In this document: piece after piece, positions 10,854 through 19,235 of the stretch
Numbering within the stretch: position 1 is the stretch's first letter
Layout: every line of letters starts with the position of its first letter
From: an uncultured bacterium
Lineage (GTDB): Bacteria; Fidelibacterota; Marinisomatia; Marinisomatales; UBA1611
Assembly: GCA_965660855.1 (NCBI GenBank)
Contig: CBFIBM010000006.1
Span: 45,977-109,976, forward strand
Direction: 5' to 3'
Length of the DNA: 64,000 nucleotides
Notes under the pieces: generated by a model
What the model was told of the DNA's origin: nothing
The model's input: only the letters and a program-made list of their open reading frames with translations
The model's database searches: none
Program-made: the position numbers and the translations under genes

Positions 10854-11002
10854 GAGGTAATAGATAAGTTTATAATTGCTTTTCCATCCCAAACAACAGA
10901 TTGTGGATATATATTTTTTTTATGGCTATTTAAACGTGATACAGCACGTAGCACTTCAAAGGATGGTTTCTTTTTATCTTTTCTTTTTTTCAAATATTTC
11001 AT
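10850..11002 (-). CDS. Unannotated 50-aa basic ORF leading the lexA operon
   Basis: MKYLKKRKDKKKPSFEVLRAVSRLNSHKKNIYPQSVVWDGKAIINLSITS; its TGA overlaps the lexA ATG (ATGA); AGAG upstream. Confidence 0.55.
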   Translation of the reverse strand: MKYLKKRKDKKKPSFEVLRAVSRLNSHKKNIYPQSVVWDGKAIINLSITS

Positions 11003-11024
11003 AATAATAATCTCTTTTTTAAAT

Positions 11025-11046
11025 TTACTCGTAAGTTACTCGTAAG
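11025..11046. promoter_or_regulatory. Candidate LexA operator: tandem (TTACTCGTAAG)x2, each unit containing a TTAC-N2-GTAA palindrome
   Basis: Exact 11-bp tandem repeat immediately downstream of the predicted -10 box of the lexA operon. Confidence 0.65.
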
Positions 11047-11047
11047 T

Positions 11048-11075
11048 ATTATACAAAAAATTTTCTTTATGTCCA
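11048..11075 (-). promoter_or_regulatory. Sigma70-type promoter of the lexA-imuB-dnaE2 operon
   Basis: Minus strand TGGACA-N16-TATAAT. Confidence 0.6.
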
Positions 11076-11107
11076 AATAAAAAGCCCCGTTTGGGGCTTT
11101 TTATTTG
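11074..11107. terminator. Intrinsic terminator downstream of PAS-menA
   Basis: Perfect 15-bp inverted repeat CAAATAAAAAGCCCC-GTTT-GGGGCTTTTTATTTG. Confidence 0.85.
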
Positions 11108-11131
11108 ATTTTATAGTTATTATATCGTTAT

Positions 11132-12409
11132 TTAAACAGGAGCAATCCAAAGTCCAATAAACAACAATAAACCTGTTACAGTATGCATTATGATTGTACC
11201 CCAATTTGCTGGTTCTAGTAACCTACTATTATAGTGCTTATATAAAGTTTGGATAGCCCTAAAACCAAAATATGCTGCTAAAAGAGATATCAAAGTTTCT
11301 TGAGGTAGTTTTTCACTTAAAACAAGTGCTATAATACTTAAAAATGCCCCGACTACTAAAGAAACATAGCCGGCTCTTGCTTTTTCTGGACCAAAAACTA
11401 CGATTAATGTATTTTTACCAGATTGTTTATCACTATCGTGGTCTGGAAATTCATTAACATAAACTACCGCAGCTATTAATAAACCTATTGGTATTCCAAT
11501 TAAAAAAGCTTCTGGTAAAAGAATTCCAGTTTGTACTAAAGCACTTCCAGCAACCATTAAAGGACCAAAATTTAACCCTATTAATAACTCTCCTAGACCT
11601 TTTCTTGATGAAAACTTGAATGGTGGAGCAGTATAAAAAAGCCCAGAAAGGAAGCCTATTAAACCTAACCAAAGTATTGAATAACCTGCTTTTACAATTA
11701 GAGGAATACCAGCTAAAGCACTCAAAGCAAATGTTACAATAGCTAACTTCAACATACCTTCTGGAGAAATAAGTCCCATCTGAATACCTCTTCCCCCTCC
11801 ATTGAGGCCTTTATTGCTATAATTATAATTTATTTCATCCGTACCACTTATGTGATCAAAATAATCATTTGAGGTATTTGTCCCAATTTGTAATAAAGAT
11901 CCTCCCAGAGCTGTAAGTGCTAGCCAACCCCACTGTATAGGGTAACCTGCAAATTTTGCAATAGCTGCTCCAACAAAAATAGGAACTAAAGTTGCAGATA
12001 AAAAGGGTAACCTCATGATAACAACCCAAGAAAATATTTTAGTCATTAAATCAATTTTAGGACGAACTTCATCTGCTGTTTTATCTTTTAATGGAGTAGT
12101 AACACCACAGTAACCGATATGCTCTCCGTCTTTTGACTTCGTTGGAGTTATTTTAATACGAGAAGGTAACTCAGAACCATCTTTATGCAAGAAAACAGTG
12201 TCTCCTTCCCAGGCACCTTTTTCAACAGCCTCAGCTAACCAGCCTACTACATGACCAAGTACTATTTGACCATCACTGAAATCACTCACTCTCATTTTAC
12301 CAACGACTTCTTCTTCACTATAACCAAATAGTTCAACTGCTCCTTGGCTGAATGTTTCGACTTTACCATCAACATCACATGTTATAACACTTTTTAAATT
12401 ATCATTCAT
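11132..12409 (-). CDS. menA: PAS domain fused to MenA-type (UbiA family) DHNA prenyltransferase
   Basis: PAS (A.ELFGYSEEEVVG; W.G....HKDG); NDYFD...GTD, YTAPP, GLGE, NEFPD..SD..SGKNTL.V. Confidence 0.85.
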   Translation of the reverse strand: MNDNLKSVITCDVDGKVETFSQGAVELFGYSEEEVVGKMRVSDFSDGQIVLGHVVGWLAEAVEKGAWEGDTVFLHKDGSELPSRIKITPTKSKDGEHIGYCGVTTPLKDKTADEVRPKIDLMTKIFSWVVIMRLPFLSATLVPIFVGAAIAKFAGYPIQWGWLALTALGGSLLQIGTNTSNDYFDHISGTDEINYNYSNKGLNGGGRGIQMGLISPEGMLKLAIVTFALSALAGIPLIVKAGYSILWLGLIGFLSGLFYTAPPFKFSSRKGLGELLIGLNFGPLMVAGSALVQTGILLPEAFLIGIPIGLLIAAVVYVNEFPDHDSDKQSGKNTLIVVFGPEKARAGYVSLVVGAFLSIIALVLSEKLPQETLISLLAAYFGFRAIQTLYKHYNSRLLEPANWGTIIMHTVTGLLLFIGLWIAPV

Positions 12410-12482
12410 AGCTAATAATACCTTTTTATATAAATTAATGTTTAAAATTTACAATAGTAATTAAAGCGGTGAAAAACGAAAA

Positions 12483-13256
12483 TTAGATTGGGTAAAATAT
12501 AGGCCTACTTGGAGCCACATCTAAATTCCAGTTAGGAATTTGAATTTGTAAAAAACCAAAAGAGTCTTCAATTGAATTATCAATATATAATAACTCAGAT
12601 ATAGTTTTACCTTTTTTAAAAAATCTATGGTGATTACCTAATAATCCATTATCATCAGCTTTATCAATAGATGGTATATCCACTAATAGATGTTGAATTG
12701 AAAGGTCTTTTATATATTCAATAGCTTCTGAAGTAAAAAAAGGTGCGGGAGATTCATCATAGTTTCTACTAAGCTTGAAATCAGAGTTTGGTAATGTTCT
12801 AATGATCAAAGAATCTATAGTATTTTTTACTTTTTCTTTAATCGACTCTTTTGTAATTACTAAATCCGAAACAGTATGAGCGTGATAAGTATCGCTAGTA
12901 TCTGAAATATCTTTTGGATCTACCGTTATTAATCTAGATGGGATAAATCCTCTAGGGCAAAAATCTACTATTTTTTCTTCGATGTCAATTATGTGTCCTG
13001 CGCATTCTGTATGGGTCCCGGTACAATGAATATCTATGGTGGCAATATTTACATTACAACTTCCCCCTCTACTAATATCTCCAATAAAATTATCAGATTG
13101 AACGATTTTAAGACTTGGTTGATCTGAATAAAAAAAAGTTGGGTTTTTATTATCAAAACTATTTTTTATAGATAAATCCAGTCCTTGGGATTCTTCAATA
13201 ATATATGTTTTACCATTATAATATATTGATGTGGAAATTTTAGGCTTATTTTTCAT
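12483..13256 (-). CDS. Cyclase-family metal-dependent hydrolase (kynurenine formamidase-like)
   Basis: HCTGTHTEC motif, DIPSID, DVAPSRP. Confidence 0.8.
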   Translation of the reverse strand: MKNKPKISTSIYYNGKTYIIEESQGLDLSIKNSFDNKNPTFFYSDQPSLKIVQSDNFIGDISRGGSCNVNIATIDIHCTGTHTECAGHIIDIEEKIVDFCPRGFIPSRLITVDPKDISDTSDTYHAHTVSDLVITKESIKEKVKNTIDSLIIRTLPNSDFKLSRNYDESPAPFFTSEAIEYIKDLSIQHLLVDIPSIDKADDNGLLGNHHRFFKKGKTISELLYIDNSIEDSFGFLQIQIPNWNLDVAPSRPIFYPI

Positions 13257-13470
13257 TAATTAAGTCAATTATTTCCCCTTTACTTGGGAATCGTTTTAAT
13301 ATTTTTTTTGAAAATATTAACTTATCATTAAAATAAACATCAAATATTCCACCACTACCTTCAATTAAGGTAACATCAATATTATCATATCTAGATATTA
13401 ATTCACCTTCCAAACTGGAAGCATTTGGTAAATAATTTCACATACCACAATATTTTATAGAAACTTTCAT
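13246..13470 (-). CDS. SelW/SelT/SelH (Rdx) family selenoprotein, 74 aa, Sec at codon 11 (TGA 13438-13440)
   Basis: MKVSIKYCGM-U-NYLPNASSLEGELISRYDNIDVTLIEGSGGIFDVYFNDKLIFSKKILKRFPSKGEIIDLINEK; CxxU, G.F-V, IFSK, RFP motifs; AGGAG SD. Confidence 0.88.
13402..13432 (-). promoter_or_regulatory. Candidate bacterial SECIS hairpin of the SelW-like gene
   Basis: Minus strand CTTCCA-GTT-TGGAAG stem-loop starting 16 nt after the UGA, with possible lower stem TTTAC/GTGAA. Confidence 0.55.
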
Positions 13471-13472
13471 GC

Positions 13473-13970
13473 TTACTCCTTTATCATTTGCCCAAAAAAT
13501 TTCAAAATATCTCGAGCATGAGAATACAAATTTACATCATCAAAAACATGAACCAAAAACCCTTCTTCATCAATTAAAAAGGTCATTCTAGAAGGGAAGA
13601 AATAATATTTATTTGCACCATAAGCCGATCCAACCTTTTTATTTATATCTGATAAAAAATTAAAAGGTAAGTTATATTTTTCTTTAAACTTTTTAAGAAC
13701 TTTTTTTGAGTCATAACTAATACCTAATATTTCAATTTGAGAATTTTCAAAACTTTGGAATTCATCACGGAATCCACATGCCTGTTTAATTCAACCAGGT
13801 GTTTCAGCTTTAGGGAAAAAATAAATCACAAGTTTTTTACCCCTATAATCTTCCAATTTATGTATTCGATTATTTTGATCATATAATTCGAATTTAGGAA
13901 CAAGCTCACCAATCTTAAGCGAAGTACTAAATAAAAAGGTATTAATTAAAGATATCACTAGAAATCTCAT
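13473..13970 (-). CDS. bcp: Selenocysteine-containing BCP/PrxQ peroxiredoxin, 165 aa, Sec at codon 60 (TGA 13791-13793)
   Basis: YFFPKAETPG-U-IKQACGFRD matches PxxxTxxC..CxFRD; downstream GIS.D, LPF..LSD, R.TFLID continue in frame. Confidence 0.9.
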
Positions 13971-14035
13971 GATTTTTAATAATTATATGACATAAACTAA
14001 AATTCTATATTATGTTAAGGTATTAAATTTATACT

Positions 14036-15016
14036 ATGAAAAATATAGATATAAAATCAATTGCAAAAAATGTAATAAAAATAGAATCCGATGCTGTTTC
14101 ACTTCTAGAAGATCGTATCGATGATATTTTTGAATCTGCTGTGAGAACTTTATTGAAATGTAAAGGACGCTTAATTATTTCAGGTATGGGAAAATCGGGA
14201 ATAATTTCTCAAAAAATTGCATCTACAATGTCATCAACCGGCACGCCAGCTTATTTTGTACATCCAAGTGAAGCGATACATGGAGATCTAGGGATGATTA
14301 CGGGTCAAGATGTTATAATACTATTAAGTAATAGTGGAGAGACTTCAGAACTCATTCAAATATTGCCTGCCTTACAGAAAAAAAAAGTTACTATCATTGG
14401 CTTGATTGGAAAAGCGGGATCAACATTATCAAATGAAGCAAATATCTTCTTAAATACCTCAGTCAAAAAAGAAGCTTGTACGTTAGATCTTGCTCCAACA
14501 GCTAGTACCACTGCAACGCTAGCAATGGGTGATGCCTTAGCGATATCATTATTAGAACTACGAGGTTTTAATAAAGAAAATTTTGCTGAATTACATCCAG
14601 GAGGAATACTTGGGAAAAAATTATTATTGACGATAAATCACCTTGTACACATTGGAGAAGACCTACCTTTTGTAGAAACATCAACAAAGATAAAAGAGGT
14701 CCTATTAACTATATCTGAAAAAGGTCTAGGTGTTACGGGTGTTTTAAATAAAGATAAAGAGTTGGTTGGAATTATAACAGATGGTGATATTCGAAGGGGA
14801 ATTGAAAAAAATTATGATAATTTTTTTGATCAGCCAGCAGAATTAATAATGTCAAAAGACCCAAAAATAATCAATTCAAATACTCTCGCAATTTCAGCCC
14901 TTAAAACAATGGAAAAATATTCTATTACAAGTCTCTTTGTTTTTTCAGATCAAACTCTAAAAAAACCAGATGGGATAATCCATATCCATGACATACTCAA
15001 ATCAGGAATTAAATAG
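14036..15016 (+). CDS. kdsD: Arabinose-5-phosphate isomerase (SIS + 2 CBS)
   Basis: GMGKSG, HP.EA.HGDLG, APTASTT, HPGG.LG, ITDGDIRR, HIHDIL. Confidence 0.93.
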   Translation: MKNIDIKSIAKNVIKIESDAVSLLEDRIDDIFESAVRTLLKCKGRLIISGMGKSGIISQKIASTMSSTGTPAYFVHPSEAIHGDLGMITGQDVIILLSNSGETSELIQILPALQKKKVTIIGLIGKAGSTLSNEANIFLNTSVKKEACTLDLAPTASTTATLAMGDALAISLLELRGFNKENFAELHPGGILGKKLLLTINHLVHIGEDLPFVETSTKIKEVLLTISEKGLGVTGVLNKDKELVGIITDGDIRRGIEKNYDNFFDQPAELIMSKDPKIINSNTLAISALKTMEKYSITSLFVFSDQTLKKPDGIIHIHDILKSGIK

Positions 15017-15030
15017 TTATATTATAAGTA

Positions 15031-15420
15031 GTGAAAAAAAAAATTATACTTGCTCTATTATTCTTTTTTATTAGTTGTAGTAAAAAAGAATCAGTAAATA
15101 TATATAAAACAAATCAATACCTTAATCTTAATGAAAAAGATAAAATAATTGGTGAATCCGTATGGGCAACTTCCTGTTTCCGTTGCCATATGTATGGGTC
15201 GAACGGAGCAAATGCACTCGATGATAAGGAATATTGGGATAAAACAGCTGAAAAAGGTCTAGAAGATCTGTTTAAAAGTGTTTGGGAGGGAAAATATGGA
15301 GAAGAAGGCGCAATGCCACCAAAAGGTCTATGCCCTTCTTGTTCTGAAGATCAAATCGAAAAATCTATACTATATTTATTCAAACTCACTGAATTGAATG
15401 AATCGGCTGACTCTTTATAA
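15031..15420 (+). CDS. Cytochrome c5-like monoheme lipoprotein
   Basis: Lipobox ISC; CFRCH; MPPKGLCPSC. Confidence 0.82.
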   Translation: MKKKIILALLFFFISCSKKESVNIYKTNQYLNLNEKDKIIGESVWATSCFRCHMYGSNGANALDDKEYWDKTAEKGLEDLFKSVWEGKYGEEGAMPPKGLCPSCSEDQIEKSILYLFKLTELNESADSL

Positions 15421-15433
15421 GTCTTTTATTCTA

Positions 15434-17770
15434 TTAACCCTTAAAAAGAGTTGAACTTTCTACAGCATCCGCTAAGTTTCTGGCAACTTTAAGAAAAGTT
15501 GATACATTCATCTCCTTCAAATAAACTGCTCCATGAACAGCTCGCAAATGTGGATTCTTATTGCGATACCAATAATCTCTTCCCAGTATTAGCTGTAAAT
15601 CTCTATGTTGATTTACCCAGATTTTTTGTGATAATTCTGAAAAAGGCCCATCATATTCATAGCTAGGAAAAGAAGCATCTTTCTGGCTTAGATAGCAATT
15701 CATAAAAGTAGAATTCATTATTGCAAGAGAGTTTAATGTTACGGGAACTATAATATCAGCCTCAGCTAAATCAAACTTATACCAAACATTCCTGTAACCC
15801 CAAATACGTAAGTTTGACAAATCCTTTGTCTTGCTCCATTGCCGTACCGCTTCAGCTATTGTCTGTAAGACTTTATAATGAGTGTCAGGACCACTACCTT
15901 CTGGATCTAAGGCTAAAGAAATTACTGTGGGATTTATTAATTTTAATTGCTCGAGAACGGGAGCAACATCTCTTGCATTTTCTGGTTGTTCTGTAAATAT
16001 TTCACCTTGGTAAAATCCTAATCTTAAATGATGGATATCTTTAACTCTTACTCCAAAATTTGCCCAAACTAATTCTTCTTCATATTCACGAACCATTCCT
16101 TTCAGTTTTTGAATTTTTGATGAATTTTTTTGTCCATCATAACTATCATCTAATTCACTAATAATCCTCCCTAACTGACTTTTTAATTCAGATCTACTTT
16201 TTACATCATAAATTTCGATTATAGCTCGTACAATACGATGTGATAATCCCCTAACCTGACCTTCTTTATCATTGTTAGCAATTTTATCAAGATAGTGATA
16301 TACGTCCTTATCCCAACGTTTTTTATAACCATCAGTAAAAAAATCTTCGTAATATATCATTTGGATTTTTTTTTGAGATATTAGATGTAAAGTATTTTTA
16401 ATTATCCTTTTTATAAAATCATTTGTGACGCTGGTAAAACCTGATGTCATGTTAGTAAAGATATGCTTATTAGTTGGTTCTCGAATAAGATGTATTATTT
16501 GTGGCATCATACCCAGCATAATATCATCATGATGTGGGCCTGTATGATAATAAACTTGGTTTTTTTCTTGTTTTATACCTTTTTCTACTTTTCTATGAAT
16601 ACTATCAACAATATCACTAACAGTAGAATCTGATAGATTTGGTATCATCCTGCAAATTTTATCTTGTTTTAAATCTTTTAAACTTAATTTTTTCCCATAG
16701 ATTTTTTTCTTACTAGCAAGAGTATATAAAGCTTTCTGGCTCCTTCTTATACCCCAATTTTTGCTATCCCAATACCTATTTTTAATATTAGTTAATTGTT
16801 TTGTTGCACCAGTGGTTAAGAAAAAACGACTATTCCTTAATTCCTGAAGGGAGGTTGCTGGATATTTGATATTTGGTTCTGATTCAATAGATTTTTGTAT
16901 TATAGAAGACTTTGCTTCCCCAGCAGCTATAATAATTGCAGTAACATCTTTATTATGCCTGATTGTACCGAGACCAATGGTAATCACTAATCTATTTTTA
17001 CTTATTTCAATACCTCCCAAGTCTGCAGCTGCAGCAGCTTGAGTTTCAAAGTTTGTCTCTGTTAATCTTGTTGTCGAATTATGATCAGACCCTTTTACAT
17101 TAAAAGCAATATGCCCATCGGGTCCAATACCACCTAAGAAGAAACCTATTCCTCCTAAAGATTGAATTTTCGCTTCGTAATCATTACACCATTGGTCTAT
17201 ACAATAAATAGATTCTTGCTGCTTCTGTTCAAAAGAAGATGTTGGATTTCTATACCTTAAACTGAGATCAATCTTCCTATCTGGAAATATATCCTCCCAT
17301 TTTTTATTTTTATAGAGTGCGATATTATTGCAATTAATTAAAAGTGCTTTTTCAAAGGACATATTAAAACCATCTAAATAAAAATGTTTAACATAATCAA
17401 AAAAACTATTTTTTTGATCTGGATTGAGGGGATAGAACTCATCGATTTGAACAAATCTTAGATTAGTTAGATTTGGTTTTTTCTTATGCTTGAAATCATA
17501 TTTTCTTAATAAGGATTGTACTTTCTTATCACTCCAATTATTTAGTAAATGGTGGGTCCATTTTATAAAATATTCAGGTGTTTTCCCAGTTGGCAAACTT
17601 ATGACACCTTCTGGATTTTCAATAGCCCATTCCAAAAATCTTAAAGATGTTAATAATCCAAGATCTGGAAAGTTATCAACTATTAAATATGGAATTTTTG
17701 AATACTTATCATTGAATTCATTTTTAGAAAGAAATGCTCTTTCCATCGGAGACCAATTTATATTTTTCAT
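15434..17770 (-). CDS. nagB: Glucosamine-6-phosphate deaminase fused to a PIG-L/LmbE deacetylase-like domain
   Basis: LPTGKTP, QIDEFYP, GIGPDGHIAFN; C-terminal GPHHDD and PDTH motifs. Confidence 0.85.
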   Translation of the reverse strand: MKNINWSPMERAFLSKNEFNDKYSKIPYLIVDNFPDLGLLTSLRFLEWAIENPEGVISLPTGKTPEYFIKWTHHLLNNWSDKKVQSLLRKYDFKHKKKPNLTNLRFVQIDEFYPLNPDQKNSFFDYVKHFYLDGFNMSFEKALLINCNNIALYKNKKWEDIFPDRKIDLSLRYRNPTSSFEQKQQESIYCIDQWCNDYEAKIQSLGGIGFFLGGIGPDGHIAFNVKGSDHNSTTRLTETNFETQAAAAADLGGIEISKNRLVITIGLGTIRHNKDVTAIIIAAGEAKSSIIQKSIESEPNIKYPATSLQELRNSRFFLTTGATKQLTNIKNRYWDSKNWGIRRSQKALYTLASKKKIYGKKLSLKDLKQDKICRMIPNLSDSTVSDIVDSIHRKVEKGIKQEKNQVYYHTGPHHDDIMLGMMPQIIHLIREPTNKHIFTNMTSGFTSVTNDFIKRIIKNTLHLISQKKIQMIYYEDFFTDGYKKRWDKDVYHYLDKIANNDKEGQVRGLSHRIVRAIIEIYDVKSRSELKSQLGRIISELDDSYDGQKNSSKIQKLKGMVREYEEELVWANFGVRVKDIHHLRLGFYQGEIFTEQPENARDVAPVLEQLKLINPTVISLALDPEGSGPDTHYKVLQTIAEAVRQWSKTKDLSNLRIWGYRNVWYKFDLAEADIIVPVTLNSLAIMNSTFMNCYLSQKDASFPSYEYDGPFSELSQKIWVNQHRDLQLILGRDYWYRNKNPHLRAVHGAVYLKEMNVSTFLKVARNLADAVESSTLFKG

Positions 17771-17771
17771 T

Positions 17772-19142
17772 TTATTTTAAATATATTATTTTTTCGACAG
17801 TTTGAATATTTTTGCTAGTTGCTTTTATAAAAAAGACACCTGAACTAGGTTTTGGATAAATATTTTTCATATCCCATTTTAAATAAAATTTTCCATTTGA
17901 AAGTTTTCGATTTAGCAATTCACCAATCAGCCTTCCATTTAAAGATATAAGCTGAATAGAAATCTTTTCTGAAGACTGAATATCTAATTCAATAGTATTC
18001 TCAGAGTTGAACGGGTTTGGATAAGATCTCATAGAAAGTGTTTCAGGGAAAAAATCACTAGATTCATGATTCAGTGATAAATAATTTTGATCGATGGACT
18101 GAATTAGTTTCTGTTCACCTTCTACTAAATCGTAGCTTAATGCCCAAATCATGACGCCACCTAAATTTTGATTATGTGCAAATTCACATTTATATTTAAT
18201 TGATTCACTATCATCAAAAGTTATAATTTTTGTTTGATCATTTTTTTTTAAGTATGGAGCATAAGCAGTGTAATCCCACTCATAACTCCATCCATTATCA
18301 ATTAAATTTGGGACTTCTTTATATAACTTATCTACTACATTTCCTGTAAAAGGCATATTAATATCTGAAGCATTATACTGTTTTCCCCAAAAAGGTAATC
18401 CTAAATTAATTTGATTGGAAGGTATCCCCCTTGTATTCGCTAAATAATTAATACCAGTTTCGCATGAACCATCAGGGTCTCCTACCGGGGATGAGTAAAG
18501 TGGAGAATTATGCCCAGCATGACTGGTCCAACCACCATGTATGTCATAAGTCATTGCATTAAAATAATCGATATAAAATCTCAAAAATGAAAAATCGTAC
18601 CATTGTCCTGACCAATTTGAAATAGGAACTGCCATTGTAATTAGTAATTCTGGATTATGTTGATAAAATACAGAATCCATTTCAGCAATTAAAAAATTTA
18701 AATTTTGACGATCTTCATTGGAAGTAGGATGTTCCCAATCCATATCAATCCCATTATAGCCATAGGTGTCTATAACCTCTAGTAAATTATTAATAAATAC
18801 AGATCTTAACTCATACGATTCTACAACTGTACGAAATCCTGCATCATTACCCCAGCCACCTAAAGAAAGTAATATTTTAGATCCATTTTCTTGAACCATT
18901 TCACATAGATTAGAATCGAACATATTATTATAAGATAAAATATTACCATTTTGATCTGGCCATGCAAATGCGTGGTTAATATGAGTCACCACGTTATAAT
19001 CAATTGAACTAATTGACATTTGATCTGATACCCAATGAGGGTAGTAACCTACAACTCGTTGGGTATAAATTTTACTTGAATAAAATAAAATAAAAAGTAT
19101 AAAAGAATACTTTGAAAAAATTAATTTTATAAAGGCTTTTAT
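17772..19142 (-). CDS. GH18 chitinase-like glycosidase with C-terminal secretion-sorting-like domain; start upstream of listed 19019, exact codon uncertain
   Basis: SLGGW, NGIDMDWEHP, MTYD, LGGVMIW; YPNPFN tail; RVVGYYP and a hydrophobic leader lie in frame upstream of 19019. Confidence 0.85.
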   Translation of the reverse strand: MKAFIKLIFSKYSFILFILFYSSKIYTQRVVGYYPHWVSDQMSISSIDYNVVTHINHAFAWPDQNGNILSYNNMFDSNLCEMVQENGSKILLSLGGWGNDAGFRTVVESYELRSVFINNLLEVIDTYGYNGIDMDWEHPTSNEDRQNLNFLIAEMDSVFYQHNPELLITMAVPISNWSGQWYDFSFLRFYIDYFNAMTYDIHGGWTSHAGHNSPLYSSPVGDPDGSCETGINYLANTRGIPSNQINLGLPFWGKQYNASDINMPFTGNVVDKLYKEVPNLIDNGWSYEWDYTAYAPYLKKNDQTKIITFDDSESIKYKCEFAHNQNLGGVMIWALSYDLVEGEQKLIQSIDQNYLSLNHESSDFFPETLSMRSYPNPFNSENTIELDIQSSEKISIQLISLNGRLIGELLNRKLSNGKFYLKWDMKNIYPKPSSGVFFIKATSKNIQTVEKIIYLK

Positions 19143-19235
19143 TGTAATAATAATTTTATTTTTGATAAATGAAATTATGCTAATATTTTATAATTTCGTA
19201 ACTGTTTCTTGATTAGATGAATTTTAAAATAAATC

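Noticed and set aside
10854..10892. lexA N-terminal extension from TTG 10892
   Set aside because: Overlaps the 50-aa upstream ORF; ATG 10853 gives a normal LexA length and an ATGA coupling
13246..13970. Genome-wide UGA=Trp/Gly recoding, or two pseudogenes
   Set aside because: TGA terminates other genes (e.g. MATE at 32635), Trp is TGG throughout, and both TGAs fall exactly on catalytic Cys positions with otherwise intact frames
17772..18030. Evidence for a type IX secretion system
   Set aside because: A YPNPFN-type tail alone is insufficient; no T9SS machinery genes are in the window
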